The notes: generated from the letters alone by a model not told the origin. Shown: positions 22,936 through 30,407, counted from the first letter of the stretch. The stretch is 32,000 nucleotides of DNA from Anaerolineales bacterium (GCA_017882045.1 JADGQF010000006.1:13887-45886), one strand, 5' to 3'. A program made the numbers and translations.

Positions 22936-25218
22936 TCAGAAGATCGGATCCATCATCAGCGCCGGGTGGCCGCTTCCCTCGAGGAAGGCCACCAACTCCA
23001 TCGGATCGGTGCAGACCGTCTCGTCGGCGATCTTGCTGATCAGATCGGGGTCGCCCTCGCGCTCGGCCACGGTCTGGAGCTCGGCAGCCATCGTCTGCTT
23101 GAGGATGCTCGACATCCAGACCACGCGTTTGAAGCCGCCGTCACCCGAGATGAATTTGGGGCTGGTCAGATAGTATTTGCCCACGCCCATCACGCCCTCG
23201 GTCTGCAGACCGCCGCCGGCCATGCCGGCCAGGGTGCTGAAGGTCATGCCGGCGGGCGTCATGCTCGGGTCCTCGCGGCTGACCACCATCACGCCGTTGG
23301 CCTCGGGCACCAGCATGACGATGCACTCGAAGCAGCCGCAGGCCGTCATCGGTTTGGTCATGATCGAATACATGGCCACTTCTTGCACCGAGCCCTGCGA
23401 GTTCTTGACTGCGATCTCATTGAGACCGGTGTAGAAGCCCTTGACGGGATCGAGAACAGCTCCCTTGCGTACAGGCTGGTTGGGCCCGGTCGGGTTGATC
23501 TCGTAGCTCGCCTTGCAGTCCAACCAGTTATAGGCGCCGCACAGCCCCAGGCGCTGCGGGCTGACCAGGCAGACATGGGTAGGCGCGAAGCTCTGGCACA
23601 AGGTACAGGTGTAGAACTCTTCCACCGTCTCGTCCGTCAGGTTGGCCAGGCGCCGGTTGCGGAAGTCGTACGCCGCGCGGGCCTTCTCCAACCACTCCGC
23701 CACCAGGGCCGGGTCGGTGAAGATCGTGACCTGCACCTTGTCCACAATCGCGCCAAAGTCGGCGTGCAAGCGGGCGTGGACGATATCGCCGAAGTGGCGC
23801 AGATTGAAACCCTTGCCGTAGGCGGCCTGGCTGATGCGGATCCAGGCGATGTCGCGCTGGCCGATGTGCTGGATACCACTGGCGCCGTTCACGAAGTAGT
23901 GGATCTGACGCTCGAGCACCGGCTCGAAGTCGGTCTGCATCTTGCGGCCGGCAACCTTAATCACGATGCCCAGGTCCATGGCGCCACCAACGGCCATGCT
24001 CTCGATCGGCGGGCCGATGACCTCGATCTTGCCGTCCTCGACCTTATCCATGTCCACCATGCGCAGGTATTCGAAAGCCCGGCTGTACTTGCCGCCGAAC
24101 TCGACGCGCATGTCCTTCTTCCGCACCACTTCGCCCTCAAAGGCCGAGCCGTAGGGCACGGGGATGGGCACTTCCGTCATCTTGATCTTGACGCCGCGCA
24201 CCTCGATCGCCCGCTGAACCAGCTTGGCCGCCTTCTCCTCTTCCGTGGCGGCCCCGATCTCGTTCCAGGGCATGGAGATGACATGCTCGTAGCGGGTGAC
24301 ACCGCTGGGCAGAATTTGCGGGATGACGGTATCGGCAATCGTTGGAAAACCGTAGGAGATAGCGCCCGCGGCAGCCGCGTACTTCAGGTCGTCCACCTCG
24401 CCGAGGGCGAGGACGAAGGCGAAAACGCGAAACTTGTTGTAAAGCAGGATATCCCGCCACTGCCCGCCCTTCATGCCGCCGAAGGTGAGGGCGGAACGAG
24501 TGGCGAAACCAAGGGCGTAGATGGCGGAGATCGTATCCCGGCCGAAGGGCACGATGAAGGTATCGTAGCCCATTTCGACCCCTTCCTCGCGCAACTGGTC
24601 GATGATAGAGCGACCATTAACATTGCCGGAGAGGAAAGTCAGGATGTTGCGGCGTTGAAGCTCGCGCACGATCGCGACGGCGGCCGCGTTTGTACGCGCC
24701 GCGCCGACGATGGCGGCGAAGCCGGGCATGCGTCCGTCAACCAACTGGATACCCCAGGAGCGAAGCTGGATGTCGTCGATCGGCCCGTTCAGGTGACCGC
24801 CGCCGTTTTCGCTCTCGAACTCCGGGCTGGTGAAAGAAGTTCCACCGGCGAGATGGAAACCCGGGTACGGTTCAGGCTGCTGCCCCAGCGTGAAACGGAC
24901 GCCTTCGATGGTCTCCGCCGCCAGCAGCGTCGCCATGCCGCTGTCCAGCGTTTCGCCAAGGTAAGGCACCCACAGGTTGTCGTCGGGCGCCGGGTGCAAA
25001 AGCTTATGGGCGTGCTCCATAACCGGGCGAAGATCGCCCAGCGTCTTCACCTCGTGGCCTAGCATTCCGAAGGCCACCGGCAGATAGTAGGCGGTGTTGG
25101 GGAAGGCCACCGGTGTGCCGGCGCCCCGCTCGGCGATTGTCTTCGCGAGCATAACCTCGGCTTCAGCCACCAGGGCATTCGCCCCGCGGGCGGCGCGTGT
25201 AGCAATATAACGAGACAT
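22936..25218 (-). CDS. acsB: Acetyl-CoA synthase (A-cluster subunit) AcsB
   Basis: 760 aa. A-cluster ligands C-x2-C-x8-C-x9-C (FYTCTLCQSFAPTHVCLVSPQRLGLCGA) and the Ni-binding Cys-Gly-Cys (MTACGCFECIVM). AGGGAGG upstream of ATG 25218. Confidence 0.96.
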   Translation of the reverse strand: MSRYIATRAARGANALVAEAEVMLAKTIAERGAGTPVAFPNTAYYLPVAFGMLGHEVKTLGDLRPVMEHAHKLLHPAPDDNLWVPYLGETLDSGMATLLAAETIEGVRFTLGQQPEPYPGFHLAGGTSFTSPEFESENGGGHLNGPIDDIQLRSWGIQLVDGRMPGFAAIVGAARTNAAAVAIVRELQRRNILTFLSGNVNGRSIIDQLREEGVEMGYDTFIVPFGRDTISAIYALGFATRSALTFGGMKGGQWRDILLYNKFRVFAFVLALGEVDDLKYAAAAGAISYGFPTIADTVIPQILPSGVTRYEHVISMPWNEIGAATEEEKAAKLVQRAIEVRGVKIKMTEVPIPVPYGSAFEGEVVRKKDMRVEFGGKYSRAFEYLRMVDMDKVEDGKIEVIGPPIESMAVGGAMDLGIVIKVAGRKMQTDFEPVLERQIHYFVNGASGIQHIGQRDIAWIRISQAAYGKGFNLRHFGDIVHARLHADFGAIVDKVQVTIFTDPALVAEWLEKARAAYDFRNRRLANLTDETVEEFYTCTLCQSFAPTHVCLVSPQRLGLCGAYNWLDCKASYEINPTGPNQPVRKGAVLDPVKGFYTGLNEIAVKNSQGSVQEVAMYSIMTKPMTACGCFECIVMLVPEANGVMVVSREDPSMTPAGMTFSTLAGMAGGGLQTEGVMGVGKYYLTSPKFISGDGGFKRVVWMSSILKQTMAAELQTVAEREGDPDLISKIADETVCTDPMELVAFLEGSGHPALMMDPIF

Positions 25219-25233
25219 GTGGCTATACCTCCC

Positions 25234-27240
25234 TTATCTGGCCGGGGCCCCGTAGACCGCTTCGATGCGTTCTTCGAGGGGAAGCGCAATCAGTTCCGGC
25301 ATGCGTGCGTCACCGCTCTTGCCCCACTTGCTCGCGTCATATTTCGGCAGATTCAGGGCAGCCCGCTTCTTGTCGATGTGCTGCATGGCGCGGCGCACGA
25401 TCTCCGCGCCCTCGGCGATAAACTCCAGCTTGCCGCCGACCTTCTTCTCCCAGGTCTCGCTCATCAGGCGCAGGATATTCTCGCTGCCCGACACCGGGCC
25501 ATCGGTCCCACCCATAATGACGTAGCAACCTGAGGCAACCGCATAAACCGCGATCGCCAGTGCCTTCTCGCTCATCCATTCAGGCGCGATACCGACCGCG
25601 GGAATGTCGCTGATATCGTTCCCCAGGCCGCCCTCGCTGGCCATCTGGGTCAAGACGGTCAGGATGCGGGAATTATCGACACAGGACCCCATATGCAGCA
25701 CAGGCGGCATGCCGATCGCTTCGCAGACCTCGCGCAGTCCCGGTCCCGCCACTTCCAGCGCAGCCTGGGGCGTCATATAACCCTGCTTGGCACTTGCAAT
25801 GGCGCCGCACCCGGTCTCGACCACCAGCACATCATTCTTGAGGAACTCAGTCACCACGTAGCGGTGAAGCGAGTCATGGGATACGCGCGGGTTGTTGCAG
25901 CCGATGTTGGCCACCACGCCGCGGATTCGGCCTTGCATGATGGCATCGTTCAGCGGGCGGAAGGAAGCCCGGTAGACACCACCCAGGGCATAGTCGATGT
26001 ACTCATGCGAAAAGCCGGGGACGACTGGGCTCTTGATATCGGGAATGAAGGTTTCGCCGCGCATGGCGAAGCGATCGATGGCCACGCGCACGATCTGCTT
26101 GGCCGTCGCCAGCGCGTGGTGCTCGTCGAACTCAATGCGCATCGAGCCGGGGATCGCGGCCTTCGGCGAGGTGCTGATGAGCGCCGTGTGGAAGCGGGCG
26201 GCGACGGGATTGAGGCCTTCCATGATGCACTGCACGTCGACGACCATCGCGTCGACTGCGCCGGTGATCAAGGCCAGTTCCTGCTGCAAGAAATTGCCCG
26301 CCAGCTTGACACCCTGGCGGAGCAATGCCTCGTTCGCGGTGCAACACAGGCCGGCCAGGTTGATGCCTTTGGCGCCTTTGCTCTGGGCATAAGCGATCAA
26401 TTCGGGATCTTGCACCGCGGCGACGATCATCTCCGACAGGGTTGGCTCATGGCCGTGTACGACCAGGTTGACCATGTCCGCTTCCAGCACGCCCAGGTTG
26501 GCTTCCGCCAGCACCGGCGCGGGAGTGCCGAAAAGCACGTCGGTGAGATCGGTGCCGAGCATCGAACCACCCCAACCATCGGCCAGCGCGCAGCGCATGG
26601 CCTGATCGAGGATGTGCTCCGGGTCTTGATCGTTGCCGATGTTGGTGCGATGCATGGTCTCGACCACTTCCCGGTCGATGTTGCGCGGGGCGATGTGATT
26701 CTCTTTCCAGATTTGCTGGCGCTTGGCGGGGGCGCGCTTGAGGTAGGTCAACTCGCCCTGTGGCTTGCCGAACTCGCCCAACGCGGCCAGCGCCACATCC
26801 TTGGCGATCTCGACGGTCGTGCGCCCGTCAGTCTTGATGCCGAGGTAGCCGGCGACCTCTTTGAGCTTGTGGGGATCACGGACGCGAAAATCCGGGGCAT
26901 CGCCTTCAGCAGCCGCAAGCAGAGTGTAGGCCAGGCCGCGCGCGTGGTCGGAGTGGGCTGCGCTACCCGAGGCAACAGATCGGGTAAAGTTGCGGGCAAC
27001 AATGGTATCCGCGGTAGCGCCACAAACGCCGCGCAGTGTATTGCCTACCAGGCGGCAAGGACCGGCGGCGCAGTTCTTGCAGCACAAGCCCTGGGCGCCG
27101 ATATTGCAGGGGATTATGTTGTCCGCTCTGCGGAAGGCGGTGTCGATATCCAGGAAGATCGCGCGATCCAGCATCTGGACTGCAGCCGGGTCCTCGCTGC
27201 TCTCTTGGGCGGTGCGCACTTTCTTTGCCATTTGTGTCAC
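25234..27240 (-). CDS. acsA: Ni-Fe-S carbon monoxide dehydrogenase catalytic subunit AcsA/CooS
   Basis: 668 aa. B/D-cluster region CNIGAQGLCCKNCAAGPCRL and C-cluster motifs VVHGHEP, ETGCGAIA, HMGSCVDNSR. GTG 27240 (3 nt after AGGAG) or ATG 27231. Confidence 0.96.
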   Translation of the reverse strand: MTQMAKKVRTAQESSEDPAAVQMLDRAIFLDIDTAFRRADNIIPCNIGAQGLCCKNCAAGPCRLVGNTLRGVCGATADTIVARNFTRSVASGSAAHSDHARGLAYTLLAAAEGDAPDFRVRDPHKLKEVAGYLGIKTDGRTTVEIAKDVALAALGEFGKPQGELTYLKRAPAKRQQIWKENHIAPRNIDREVVETMHRTNIGNDQDPEHILDQAMRCALADGWGGSMLGTDLTDVLFGTPAPVLAEANLGVLEADMVNLVVHGHEPTLSEMIVAAVQDPELIAYAQSKGAKGINLAGLCCTANEALLRQGVKLAGNFLQQELALITGAVDAMVVDVQCIMEGLNPVAARFHTALISTSPKAAIPGSMRIEFDEHHALATAKQIVRVAIDRFAMRGETFIPDIKSPVVPGFSHEYIDYALGGVYRASFRPLNDAIMQGRIRGVVANIGCNNPRVSHDSLHRYVVTEFLKNDVLVVETGCGAIASAKQGYMTPQAALEVAGPGLREVCEAIGMPPVLHMGSCVDNSRILTVLTQMASEGGLGNDISDIPAVGIAPEWMSEKALAIAVYAVASGCYVIMGGTDGPVSGSENILRLMSETWEKKVGGKLEFIAEGAEIVRRAMQHIDKKRAALNLPKYDASKWGKSGDARMPELIALPLEERIEAVYGAPAR

Positions 27241-27246
27241 TCTCTC

Positions 27247-27582
27247 CTAGTAGCGTCGGAACTCGCCCGACATTTCCACGTCGGCCCGATTGGTCCTGGT
27301 TACCCGTGCACCCAACAGTTCCCACTTGGGATCGCGCATGTGTTCGCCGGGTGCAGTCATCACGGGAATCTGCCCATCCTCGACCGGGTAACCCGCCTGG
27401 TCCAGCGCGAGTTCAAGTGCTGCGCTATTGGTCTTGGCAGGGTCAAATACCACCAGGGCTTGCTTCCAGGCCGAACTGGCGTACACGCTTCCCACGCCAT
27501 CCAGGTGGACCAGCACATCACGCACGTTGAGGACGTGATGATCCGCCCACATACTGGGGATACTCAGTTGCAGCTTTTCCAT
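27247..27582 (-). CDS. Small HMA-fold-like (ferredoxin-like beta-alpha-beta-beta-alpha-beta) protein lacking the CxxC metal site; first gene of the acs string
   Basis: 111 aa from ATG 27582, with the strongest local SD (GGAGGAG, 8-nt spacer). KLQLSIPSMWADHHVLNVRDVLVHLDGVGSVYASSAWKQALVVFDPAKTNSAALELALDQAGYPV matches the heavy-metal-associated pattern LxVxGMxCxxCxxxVxxxLxxxxGVxxxxVxxxxxxxxVxxDxxxxxxxxLxxAIxxAGY. MxCxxC is replaced by MWADHH. The frame stays open upstream to 28026. Confidence 0.65.
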   Translation of the reverse strand: MEKLQLSIPSMWADHHVLNVRDVLVHLDGVGSVYASSAWKQALVVFDPAKTNSAALELALDQAGYPVEDGQIPVMTAPGEHMRDPKWELLGARVTRTNRADVEMSGEFRRY

Positions 27583-28023
27583 TGCTGGCGCTCCTCCCTC
27601 AATCTTGGTATGCGCTTCCGCGCGTCCGTTTCGTGTCAAACTGGCAATCTCGCGCCGGTGCTCGATGTAAAGGATGCAGAAATCGCAGGTGATGTGGACC
27701 GGCGCGCAACAAGTGGGACAGCCGTTGCGCTGCTCCCAACAAGAGGAATCGCTGGCATATACCGGGCAGTCGGCACATTGCGTGCGCCACCCGTCCGCAC
27801 GGCCATTTTTCTCGCCCGACGCGCCCGTTGCAGACACCGCCTGGTTGGCGCGACCGGCCGGGCCAGGGTTCTGGCCGCCGGTCGGACCATCCGGGTATCC
27901 CGCCCTGATCTGCCAGCAAGTTCTCACTGTACGGATCCTTCGCGACCCTGGGTCACGGGTTCTCGACCTGCCATTAAGGTCACGCCGCCTCGGTGCCCGG
28001 CATCGGGGTGCGCTCGAAGGCGG
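27583..28023 (-). promoter_or_regulatory. ~440-nt leader between the terminator and the first strong SD of the acs genes (structured RNA and/or unannotated Cys-rich coding extension)
   Basis: Contains a 14-bp stem with a 2-nt bulge (CGACCGGCGGCCAG-aacc-CTGGCC-cg-GCCGGTCG, 27884->27851) and several smaller hairpins. The same region is in frame with the HMA-like ORF and encodes C-x2-C-x8-C-x6-C-x2-C-C-x6-C-x2-C (27777->27676). Confidence 0.4.
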
Positions 28024-28070
28024 CAAACAAAAAAACGCCTGTCCGTCGCGCGAGACTAAACGGACAGGCG
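28024..28070 (-). terminator. Textbook Rho-independent terminator between the ANTAR regulator gene and the acs genes
   Basis: On the - strand: CGCCTGTCCGT (28070->28060), 13-nt loop, ACGGACAGGCG (28046->28036), then TTTTTTTGTTTG (28035->28024). The 11-bp stem is perfect. Confidence 0.85.
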
Positions 28071-28113
28071 ATCACCACCTGTGCCACCCTCAGGCCCACT
28101 TCAGCCTGAAGGC
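28064..28113 (-). promoter_or_regulatory. Candidate antiterminator or alternative pairings just 5' of the terminator
   Basis: ACAGGTG (28082->28076) can pair with CGCCTGT (28070->28064), which is 7 of the 11 nt in the terminator 5' arm. Upstream, the hairpin GCCTTCAGGC-tgaagtgg-GCCTGAGGGT (28113->28086) has 10 bp including 2 G-U pairs. Confidence 0.35.
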
Positions 28114-28200
28114 TTAGCTTACTTTTAGCACACTAACCGGGCACAAACCATGATCCGCGTCATATATGAGAGGCAAAGCCACGCAGCCAGTGGCTGCAGC

Positions 28201-28779
28201 CTATAGCATCTGGTCGGCCATGATGATCGCCTCGGCCACCTGCGCCAATCGGCGATTGGTGTTTTGGCTCTGGCGCTGCAGGCGCTGAAATGCTTCGTCC
28301 TCGCTCAGATCCAGCCGGCGCATCAGGATACCCTTGGCGCGCTCGATCAACTTGCGTGCCTCCAGCGCTTCGCGCAGGTCGGCGACTTCTCGTCGTAGGG
28401 CCTGGAACTGGCGAAAACGAATCAAGGCCAGGGTGATGGCAGGCAGCAGATCTTCTTCCGAAACCGGCTTCATGAGGTAAGCCGCTATGTTGGCCTGCGC
28501 TGCGCGCTCGACCAACTGCGCCTCGCTATAGGCGGTGAGCAGGATGATGGGGATGGGCCGTGCCTCGGTGATCCGCTGGGCAGCCTCGATACCGTCGGCG
28601 ACCGGCATGCGAATATCGATGATGGCCAGGTCAGGCTGAGTGCTGGCGGCCAGTACCACCGCCTCCTCGCCGTTTGAGGCCTCGGCGACTACGATGTGGC
28701 CCAGCGCGGCCAATTGAGCGCGCAGGCTCAAAAGACGTATGCTCTCATCGTCGGCGATCAAGATGCGCAGGGATTCCAT
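28201..28779 (-). CDS. Response regulator with REC + ANTAR RNA-binding output domain (PdtaR/AmiR-like)
   Basis: 192 aa. REC: ILIADDE, phospho-acceptor region DLAIIDIRMPVADG, YLMKP. ANTAR: LEARKLIERAKGILMRRLDLSEDEAFQRLQRQSQNTNRRLAQVAEAII. ATG lies 5 nt after the kinase stop. Confidence 0.9.
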   Translation of the reverse strand: MESLRILIADDESIRLLSLRAQLAALGHIVVAEASNGEEAVVLAASTQPDLAIIDIRMPVADGIEAAQRITEARPIPIILLTAYSEAQLVERAAQANIAAYLMKPVSEEDLLPAITLALIRFRQFQALRREVADLREALEARKLIERAKGILMRRLDLSEDEAFQRLQRQSQNTNRRLAQVAEAIIMADQML

Positions 28780-28784
28780 GGTAT

Positions 28785-29939
28785 CTACCGATAGAAGGTA
28801 ACTGTAGCACAGCTCCCGGCCGGCAGTCGCTCGAGACGCAACGTGCCGTCCAGGTCTTTCTCGACCAGCGTGCGGACGATCTGCAAACCGAGACCGCTGT
28901 TCTTGGTAAGGTCAAATCCCGGCGGCAAACCATGTCCGCCGTCGACGATGGTCAGCGAGATGCGCGGCCCATCCTGCTGAAGCCCGACCAGGATCAGGCC
29001 GGAGAGCCCGCCGGAGAAGCCGTGCTCCAATGCGTTCGCAATCAGCTCGTTCATGACCAGCGCGAGCGCGGTAGCTTGCTTTGACGGCAGATAGATGGGC
29101 GGCCCGGTCACTTCCGCCTGGACTTCCTGGCCCGGTCGCGTCAGGTGACCCAGCGCGATCTCGCTGACCTGGCGGGCCAGCTCGGTGATGTCGGTCAGCC
29201 GCAATTGCTCGGATGACAGCAACCGGTGCACGGCGGCAATGCTCTTGATGCGGTTGATGCTGTCGTGCAGGCTACGGCGCGCTTCCGGACTGGTGCTGTT
29301 CAGCATTTCAAGGCTGAGAAGATCGGCTACGGTCTGCAGGTTATTCTTGATGCGGTGATGCATCTCCGCGATCACAGCCGATAGAGCCTCGGCTCGACGC
29401 GCCTCCTCACGCAGGCGCATATTTTCCATCGCGAAGCCGATCTGCGCCGCTGCGGATCGCAAGAGCGCTATTTCCGCGGAACTGAGGGTCGTGCCCTGGC
29501 GTGTGACAACATGCAGCACGCCCAACACGCGGTCTTTGGCTAACAGAGGCACCGACGCGCAGCTATGCTGCGTGTAGCGCCGGCAGTCCGGGCGGATGAC
29601 GCGCCGGTCATCGCCAGCATCGACAGCCACCAGGGGTTCGCCGCCGTTCGCGGCCAGGCCGCATAAGCACTCGCCCGGACGGATCGTCGCCTCGTCAGGG
29701 TCCAGGAAGAGAGGATTGCCCGCCGCAGCTACCAGGGCCAATTGCTGCGTCTTGTCGTCAAGCAGATAGATGCGCCCGCTTTCGAGAGCCATCACCTGCA
29801 GGACGCGGCTGAGAGCCTGAGACAGGGCCTGCTCTTCGTCCAACGCCTGGTTCATGGCCGCAGAGACGGCGTACAGGGCCGCCAACTCCTGAGTGCGGCG
29901 CCCTTCCTCCCCCACCTGCGGGTCACCCGCGTCAGGCAA
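28785..29939 (-). CDS. Cytoplasmic GAF-domain sensor histidine kinase (HisKA_2 type, PdtaS-like)
   Basis: 384 aa with no TM segment. GAF region holds 4 Cys (ECLCG, PDCRR, HSCAS). H-box EMHHRIKNNLQTVADLL, N-box LVMNELIANALEHGF, G-boxes DGGHGLP and GLGLQIV. TTG start with GGAGG 4 nt upstream; GTG 29915 is the alternative. Confidence 0.85.
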   Translation of the reverse strand: MPDAGDPQVGEEGRRTQELAALYAVSAAMNQALDEEQALSQALSRVLQVMALESGRIYLLDDKTQQLALVAAAGNPLFLDPDEATIRPGECLCGLAANGGEPLVAVDAGDDRRVIRPDCRRYTQHSCASVPLLAKDRVLGVLHVVTRQGTTLSSAEIALLRSAAAQIGFAMENMRLREEARRAEALSAVIAEMHHRIKNNLQTVADLLSLEMLNSTSPEARRSLHDSINRIKSIAAVHRLLSSEQLRLTDITELARQVSEIALGHLTRPGQEVQAEVTGPPIYLPSKQATALALVMNELIANALEHGFSGGLSGLILVGLQQDGPRISLTIVDGGHGLPPGFDLTKNSGLGLQIVRTLVEKDLDGTLRLERLPAGSCATVTFYR

Positions 29940-29971
29940 GAGCCCTCCATGTGACTGCTAACGAGGCATAA

Positions 29972-30026
29972 CGTAAAACGCAACCATCTGGGAACGCAAC
30001 GCCGTCCCAGAAGCTTGCGTTTTACG
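29972..30026 (-). terminator. Large compound hairpin after tatA (possible terminator or processing element)
   Basis: Outer 12-bp perfect stem CGTAAAACGCAA (29972-29983) / TTGCGTTTTACG (30015-30026), a 4x4 internal loop, and an inner 6-bp stem CTGGGA (29988-29993) / TCCCAG (30005-30010). On the - strand it is followed by TTATGCC (poor U-tract), only ~30 nt before the kinase start. Confidence 0.45.
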
Positions 30027-30056
30027 AATTACGCTATGCGTTTGGCGCTCTGTCTC

Positions 30057-30257
30057 TTACGCGGGCTTTTCCGTGTTCGTGCTATCCGCGCCTTCGGCAG
30101 GGTCAGCCTTCTTCGCTTCATTGCCGCCCGAGTTCTGGCGGAATTCGCGGATACTCTTACCCAGCGCGCCACCGATCTCCGGCAGACGCCCCACGCCGAA
30201 CACAATGAGTACGATCACCAGGATGATGATCAGCTCGGTCGGACCAAGGTTGAACAT
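30057..30257 (-). CDS. tatA: Twin-arginine translocase subunit TatA/E
   Basis: 66 aa. [41 protein letters not shown] is the canonical TM helix, FG hinge and amphipathic helix. GAGGAG upstream of the ATG. Confidence 0.9.
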   Translation of the reverse strand: MFNLGPTELIIILVIVLIVFGVGRLPEIGGALGKSIREFRQNSGGNEAKKADPAEGADSTNTEKPA

Positions 30258-30407
30258 TTCCTAACTCCTCACAGAAAGTATGCCTCAGGCCGCCAAGCGC
30301 CCGGGCAGGTGTGTGAACGCATCCGCGGCCACCGAATTACGACAGCGCCCGTGCGACCGCTCGGATTCGGGCATCACCCCGCTGGCAAGTGTGGGGCAAA
30401 GAGGGGC

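Noticed and set aside
22393-25062. 889-aa ORF on the + strand
   Set aside because: It is exactly antisense to acsB, whose translation carries unmistakable A-cluster motifs. The + strand product is R/G/A/H/L-rich low-complexity sequence without motifs. It is a typical shadow ORF of GC-rich DNA.
27602-27642. Perfect TTGACA hexamer (27642->27637, - strand) as the acs promoter -35 element
   Set aside because: No acceptable -10 lies at 16-19 nt. The best candidate is CATACC at 21 nt. It cannot be supported as a promoter from sequence alone.
27599-27919. Alternative-frame ORFs (106 aa and 84 aa) in the acs leader
   Set aside because: The products have Arg/Ala/Pro-rich composition and no SD. The ATG at 27806 has only a weak purine run upstream.
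27583-28026. Taking the full 259-aa ORF (TTG at 28026) as the real gene
   Set aside because: That TTG lies inside the terminator U-tract. The first ~80 residues are R/P/G-rich junk. A much stronger SD serves ATG 27582. A shorter extension (GTG 27927) is kept open as a finding.
25693-28059. 788-aa ORF on the + strand
   Set aside because: It is antisense to acsA/cooS and the leader. It has no recognisable domains or SD, and the same GC-rich shadow effect applies.
28183-28197. GCCACTG heptamer (B12-box-like) in a small hairpin just after the regulator stop, suggesting a cobalamin riboswitch
   Set aside because: I could not find the rest of the cobalamin riboswitch core (GGGAA/GGTG..AATCC/CCCGC elements) on either side. 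The 5' side would fall within coding sequence. It is probably a chance match.
28076-28200. Canonical ANTAR target (two hairpins with A-x-x-G-x-x hexaloops)
   Set aside because: The hairpins present have 3-, 5- and 8-nt loops, and none fits the hexaloop consensus by eye. I therefore report only a hypothesis, not a called ANTAR-binding RNA.
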